Origin: Corallochytrium limacisporum Hawaii
Lineage: Eukaryota > Protista > Pluriformea
Length of the DNA: 64,000 bases
Direction of reading: 5' to 3'
Assembly (NCBI GenBank): GCA_002811645.1
Contig: PDIP01000073.1
Coordinates: 229,524-293,523 of the forward strand
The position numbers and the translations under genes were made by a program. Positions 60,204 to 64,000 of the stretch are shown here, piece after piece. The notes beneath the pieces were generated by a model. That model made no database searches, was not told the DNA's origin, and worked only from the letters and a program-made list of their open reading frames with translations. Positions within the stretch are counted from its first letter, which is position 1; each line of letters begins with the position of its first letter.

Positions 60204-61349
60204 TCAAGCCGCGGCCTTCTCACCCTCACCAGTTGCTTTCTTCTTGTTCTTCTTCTTGGCCTTTTTGCCAACGCTCTGTGCAAGCAGGTTCTTAACTTCT
60301 TCGTCAGTGACTTCTTTCTCGGGCTTGACAATGTCAGTGATGGTGTCCGGACCCTTTGTGATACGCAAAGGAGTGCCGTTTTCCATGATCAGCACTGTGT
60401 ACTTGAATTGGGCCACCTTTGCCCCCTCCTTGTCGTAGAACATGGGGAAGGCAGACATGACGTTGTGGCGGACGGCCTCGCCGACACCCATCTTTGCCTT
60501 GCTCTCGTCCTCAAAGGCACGCAGGGTAAAGGGCATGACAGTGAATCTACTGGTAGCCTCTGCATTGATCTTGCGACTGTTTTGCATCTTGAGCTGGTAG
60601 GTGATGCCGGTGCGACGGTAAATGGTGCATAATTCATCCTTCTGCTTGGGTACGGCATCACCGTTACTCATGAGAATGTCCATGGCCAAAACCTCATTAG
60701 TCAGCAGCGGTTCGTTCTTGACCGACCGATCCTGGTCCTCCGTAGGGTTCTGCACAATGCTCTTGTCACTGTCGGGTTCGTTGCGGGCAAGCACGTGGCT
60801 GGCCATGCCCTGTACTGGCTTGACACCGTAGTCGTTGGCGACCTTGGTGATGACCTTGCTAATGTCCTTCGTCATCTGGTCGGGTTTGACGAGGCGCAGG
60901 CAGGCTTCGGAGGCCTTGTATGCAGCCATGATTGTGTCGGCCAAAGGTCCGGTCACGGGGTTCTCCTTGCTGGCACCGACCACCACGGTGTGGGCAATCA
61001 TAGCAATGTAGCCGTCAATGTGAGCACCGAGGTCAATCTTCACCACATCTCCAGTCTTGAGCACCAGGGGCTCCCGGCTGGCCAAGGGGCTGAAGTGGCA
61101 GACGCAGTTGTTTACATTGATGCAGGTGGGGAAAGCAATTCCCTTGGAGATACCCTTGGGCTTGTTGTAGAGCTTGCCAGTCTCCTCGGTGATGAACTTG
61201 TCACCGGCATCACACAATTCGACAGCGGAGGCGCCTTCCTTGACCAAGCCAATAACCAAGACCAGAGCCTTGTTGGCGATATCACCGGCGGCCCTGTACT
61301 TGGTGACAACGTCAGGGGTCAATCCCTTATCTTCCTCAACGTCAGACAT
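60204..61349 (-). CDS. PA2G4: Proliferation-associated 2G4 / Ebp1
   Basis: DVVTKY..AGDIAN, KGIAFPTCI.VNNCVCHFSP, KIDLGAHIDG, YQLKM..SR, MPFTLRAFEDE, basic C-terminus. ATG at 61349. Confidence 0.96.
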   Translation of the reverse strand: MSDVEEDKGLTPDVVTKYRAAGDIANKALVLVIGLVKEGASAVELCDAGDKFITEETGKLYNKPKGISKGIAFPTCINVNNCVCHFSPLASREPLVLKTGDVVKIDLGAHIDGYIAMIAHTVVVGASKENPVTGPLADTIMAAYKASEACLRLVKPDQMTKDISKVITKVANDYGVKPVQGMASHVLARNEPDSDKSIVQNPTEDQDRSVKNEPLLTNEVLAMDILMSNGDAVPKQKDELCTIYRRTGITYQLKMQNSRKINAEATSRFTVMPFTLRAFEDESKAKMGVGEAVRHNVMSAFPMFYDKEGAKVAQFKYTVLIMENGTPLRITKGPDTITDIVKPEKEVTDEEVKNLLAQSVGKKAKKKNKKKATGEGEKAAA

Positions 61350-62553
61350 GATGGTCCACTTAATGTTCCCATGTGATTCTACTGAATCTGACCACATGTA
61401 CATAGGTACGCAGGAACGTAACAATCTTGTACCTTTCCAAATCTATGTGGCCGTTGATAGAGACAAACACACTATATGTAATATGTTTGAATTGTGTTCA
61501 TCTGTGCGATGCATAGTTGTTGTGGAAGACGAGTGGCAAAGTTTAGCAGAAAAGGCGCAATATCCGCACATTCACCGCGCTTCACAATGCGTACCCAGCA
61601 GCAGTAGAGTAACAATGTACTTTCCCCTGAACAGTCGACCCACACTGCCTCTGCCGGGGACAGAGATTTGTGTGTGTGTGTGTGTGTTTTGTGTGTATGC
61701 GGCGTTCCCGGCAGAAAACAATAAAGAAAAACTTGGCGGATATCCACAACAACAATCATCCCGTCCTTACTATTCTCACTACAGTACTCTCGACACGTGG
61801 GGGTGGGGAGGGTGGCTTGCGAATCTTCCTGCCAGGGCAAAAACGGAGCAACAGCCCCTGGCAGTTTGTTTCACAAGGGAACCAAACACCCAAGGGGACC
61901 CTAAAGGGAATGGGAAAACTCCAGAGAACCTTAAGCCCACTTGCGGGAATAGCGGGGTTTGGGGGACTTCGCAGTGTAGTGCACATACACCGGGCCATCT
62001 GTTTGCACACAGGGCGATGATGTTGCGGCCACGGCCCGTGCAGGAGTGCGTAATGCAACAACAGGGTGCAGTGAGGCTTCGCCCGAGGAAAACAAACGGG
62101 GGCGAGCCCAAACAGAGACCGCGAAACATACACACAGGCAGTCCGGGGACTGGTCACCCTGCTCTGAGCGGCAAGTATCGACGGGTTCTCCAAACTTTCC
62201 CGGGTCAGCCTGTCTGTGTGTGTGGGAGTGCTCTGAGAACGCGTTCCGGCACCGTCCTGCCGGTAAAGCAAAGCGACTCGGCGAGAACAGCCAGGTCCGC
62301 AGGCCAAAATCGAAGGCCGAAATCGCTGAATCTCCGCCATGGTTTCTGGGGCCCAAACGGGGACATTCTGAGCTAACGGAGAGCGAAGGCGAAGGGGCCG
62401 GGAGTCTTGAATATTTTTCCTCTGTACCGCCACCCCTGGGGTGTCCGCGGTCAAAGTCTCCCTTGCGCCCCCCCCCCCCGGGCGCCCCAACTCACACATT
62501 CCTCGCATGGTCCTCGGCCGCGAACCATTCTACCACCCCCCCCCCCCCCCCGG

Positions 62554-62591
<38 letters not shown>

Positions 62592-62844
62592 NNNNNNNNN
62601 NNNNNNNNNNNNNNNNNNNNNNNNNNNNNNNNNNNNNNNNNNNNNNNNNNNNNNNNNNNNNNNNNNNNNNNNNNNNNNNNNNNNNNNNNNNNNNNNNNNN
62701 NNNNNNNNNNNNNNNNNNNNNNNNNNNNNNNNNNNNNNNNNNNNNNNNNNNNNNNNNNNNNNNNNNNNNNNNNNNNNNNNNNNNNNNNNNNNNNNNNNNN
62801 NNNNNNNNNNNNNNNNNNNNNNNNNNNNNNNNNNNNNNNNNNNN
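62592..62844. other. Assembly gap following C16-GGC-poly(G) (62536-62591)
   Basis: N run. Confidence 0.99.
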
Positions 62845-63440
62845 GGCCGGGGGAAGGGGGTTGTGGGTTGGAGGGGAAGAGATAGTGGTTGTCCAGTTCG
62901 CTTGGGTCTCAATGTATGGGAACCCACGTTTGGCGGGAGTTTCGCGCCCAGTGCCACTCACAGTTTGTTCTTCGCTCGCTTTGGATGCCTCCCGGGTCCC
63001 GGCAAACCCGCCCGGCACACTGCCGGAAAGGAGATAGAGAGTCTCCTACGGACCAAGCCAAGCGTGGTACACGCGCTTCATAACCGTAGCTCAGTATTGT
63101 CAAATGGGATCGTTCTCTGACTTTCTTTCTTGTGATAGACACTGTCACAGGTGGTGTATGTGTTGTGATCTGGTGGAGGTGTTGATTGGAAATAATCCCG
63201 TGCAACTACAAAGGGACGGATACATAGCATCCGTCGCGAAGGTGTTTTTCCCGAAGGCCAATGCAGGAGTGTTCCACTATGCCGTAGATACAGAGACTGT
63301 AGCCTGACCTTGAGCGATGGTATGTAGGCTGAGAAAGCCCCTTGCGGAAGCATACGACAAATGATTTGGTATAGTAGACGAGAAGAGGAAGAAGACAACC
63401 TCTAGACGAAAAAGAAGAGGAAGGCATACGTTTACGTACC

Positions 63441-64000
63441 ATGACTGCAGCGAGCATGAACAGAGATCCAGGTAGCGACCAGGAGCTGTTCACCACAGAT
63501 ACCACTCCAAGCACAGTGCGGGGCTCGGGGACAAAGGAACGTAGGACAGCCCAGCGGCAGATATTTTCGTCAGCCGATACGCTCACGACGCCGTCCAATG
63601 CCATGTCAATACCGCAGCCTGAGACGCCCCAGCTGGGCAAGGTGATCCAGGATCCGGTCCACGGACCCATTGAAGTTCACCCCTTGATCTGTAAGTTCAT
63701 TGATACGCCACAGTTTCAGCGGCTGCGGTTTATTCGGCAATTGGGTGCCTGCTACTACGTGTATCCCGGGGCGAGTCACAACCGTTTCGAACACTGTATT
63801 GGTACCTACCACCTGGCGACGGAGTGGCTGAATGAATTGGCGCTGCGGCAGCCTGAACTCGGGTTGAATGCGAAGGATGAACTTATGGTTGGTATTGCGG
63901 CATTGTGTCACGATCTGGGCCATGGGCCTTATAGTCACATGTTTGACAACTATTTCATCCCTGAAGTCAGGCCGGACCGCCCGCTATGGAAGCATGAAGA
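63441..64000 (+). CDS. SAMHD1: SAMHD1-like HD-domain dNTP triphosphohydrolase (3' end outside the window)
   Basis: Translated by hand from accATG: [28 protein letters not shown]...[15 protein letters not shown]...[15 protein letters not shown]. Absent from the ORF track because no stop is reached. Confidence 0.93.
   Translation, partial: MTAASMNRDPGSDQELFTTDTTPSTVRGSGTKERRTAQRQIFSSADTLTTPSNAMSIPQPETPQLGKVIQDPVHGPIEVHPLICKFIDTPQFQRLRFIRQLGACYYVYPGASHNRFEHCIGTYHLATEWLNELALRQPELGLNAKDELMVGIAALCHDLGHGPYSHMFDNYFIPEVRPDRPLWKHE

Overview
Eukaryotic nuclear DNA from a draft assembly (four N-gaps), with about 25 protein-coding genes whose CDSs are all uninterrupted. In order: HINT3-like, GOSR1, TLC-domain protein, mitochondrial EF-Tu, TANGO2, nucleolin/Nsr1-like, a secreted Cys-knot protein, snurportin-1, a PPR-like mitochondrial protein, SLC35F5, an SR splicing factor, RAP1GDS1, a TMEM223-like protein, ATP-type PEPCK, an unknown protein, KANSL2, SLC12A8, POC1, NDUFA5, PHOSPHO1/2, a two-repeat membrane protein, PA2G4, and a SAMHD1-like gene cut by the window end. 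Animal-like genes, an ATP-PEPCK and intronless CDSs together suggest an intron-poor unicellular holozoan; Corallochytrium is my best guess, by inference only. Signals the ORF track misses: (1) strong 5' splice-donor motifs (GTATGT/GTACGT/GTAAGT) about 60-220 nt upstream of many start codons, suggesting introns or U1 sites confined to 5' leaders; (2) recurrent intergenic poly(C)-then-poly(G) palindromes, related to the G/C runs that flank every assembly gap; (3) a frameshifted PDE9-like pseudogene; (4) a decayed DIRS-like reverse-transcriptase remnant; (5) a structured, switch-like segment at 13.3-13.75 kb; (6) a TGAAAGTA motif cluster. I recognised no tRNA, rRNA, snRNA or CRISPR array. All assignments come from reading motifs by eye, with no database search.
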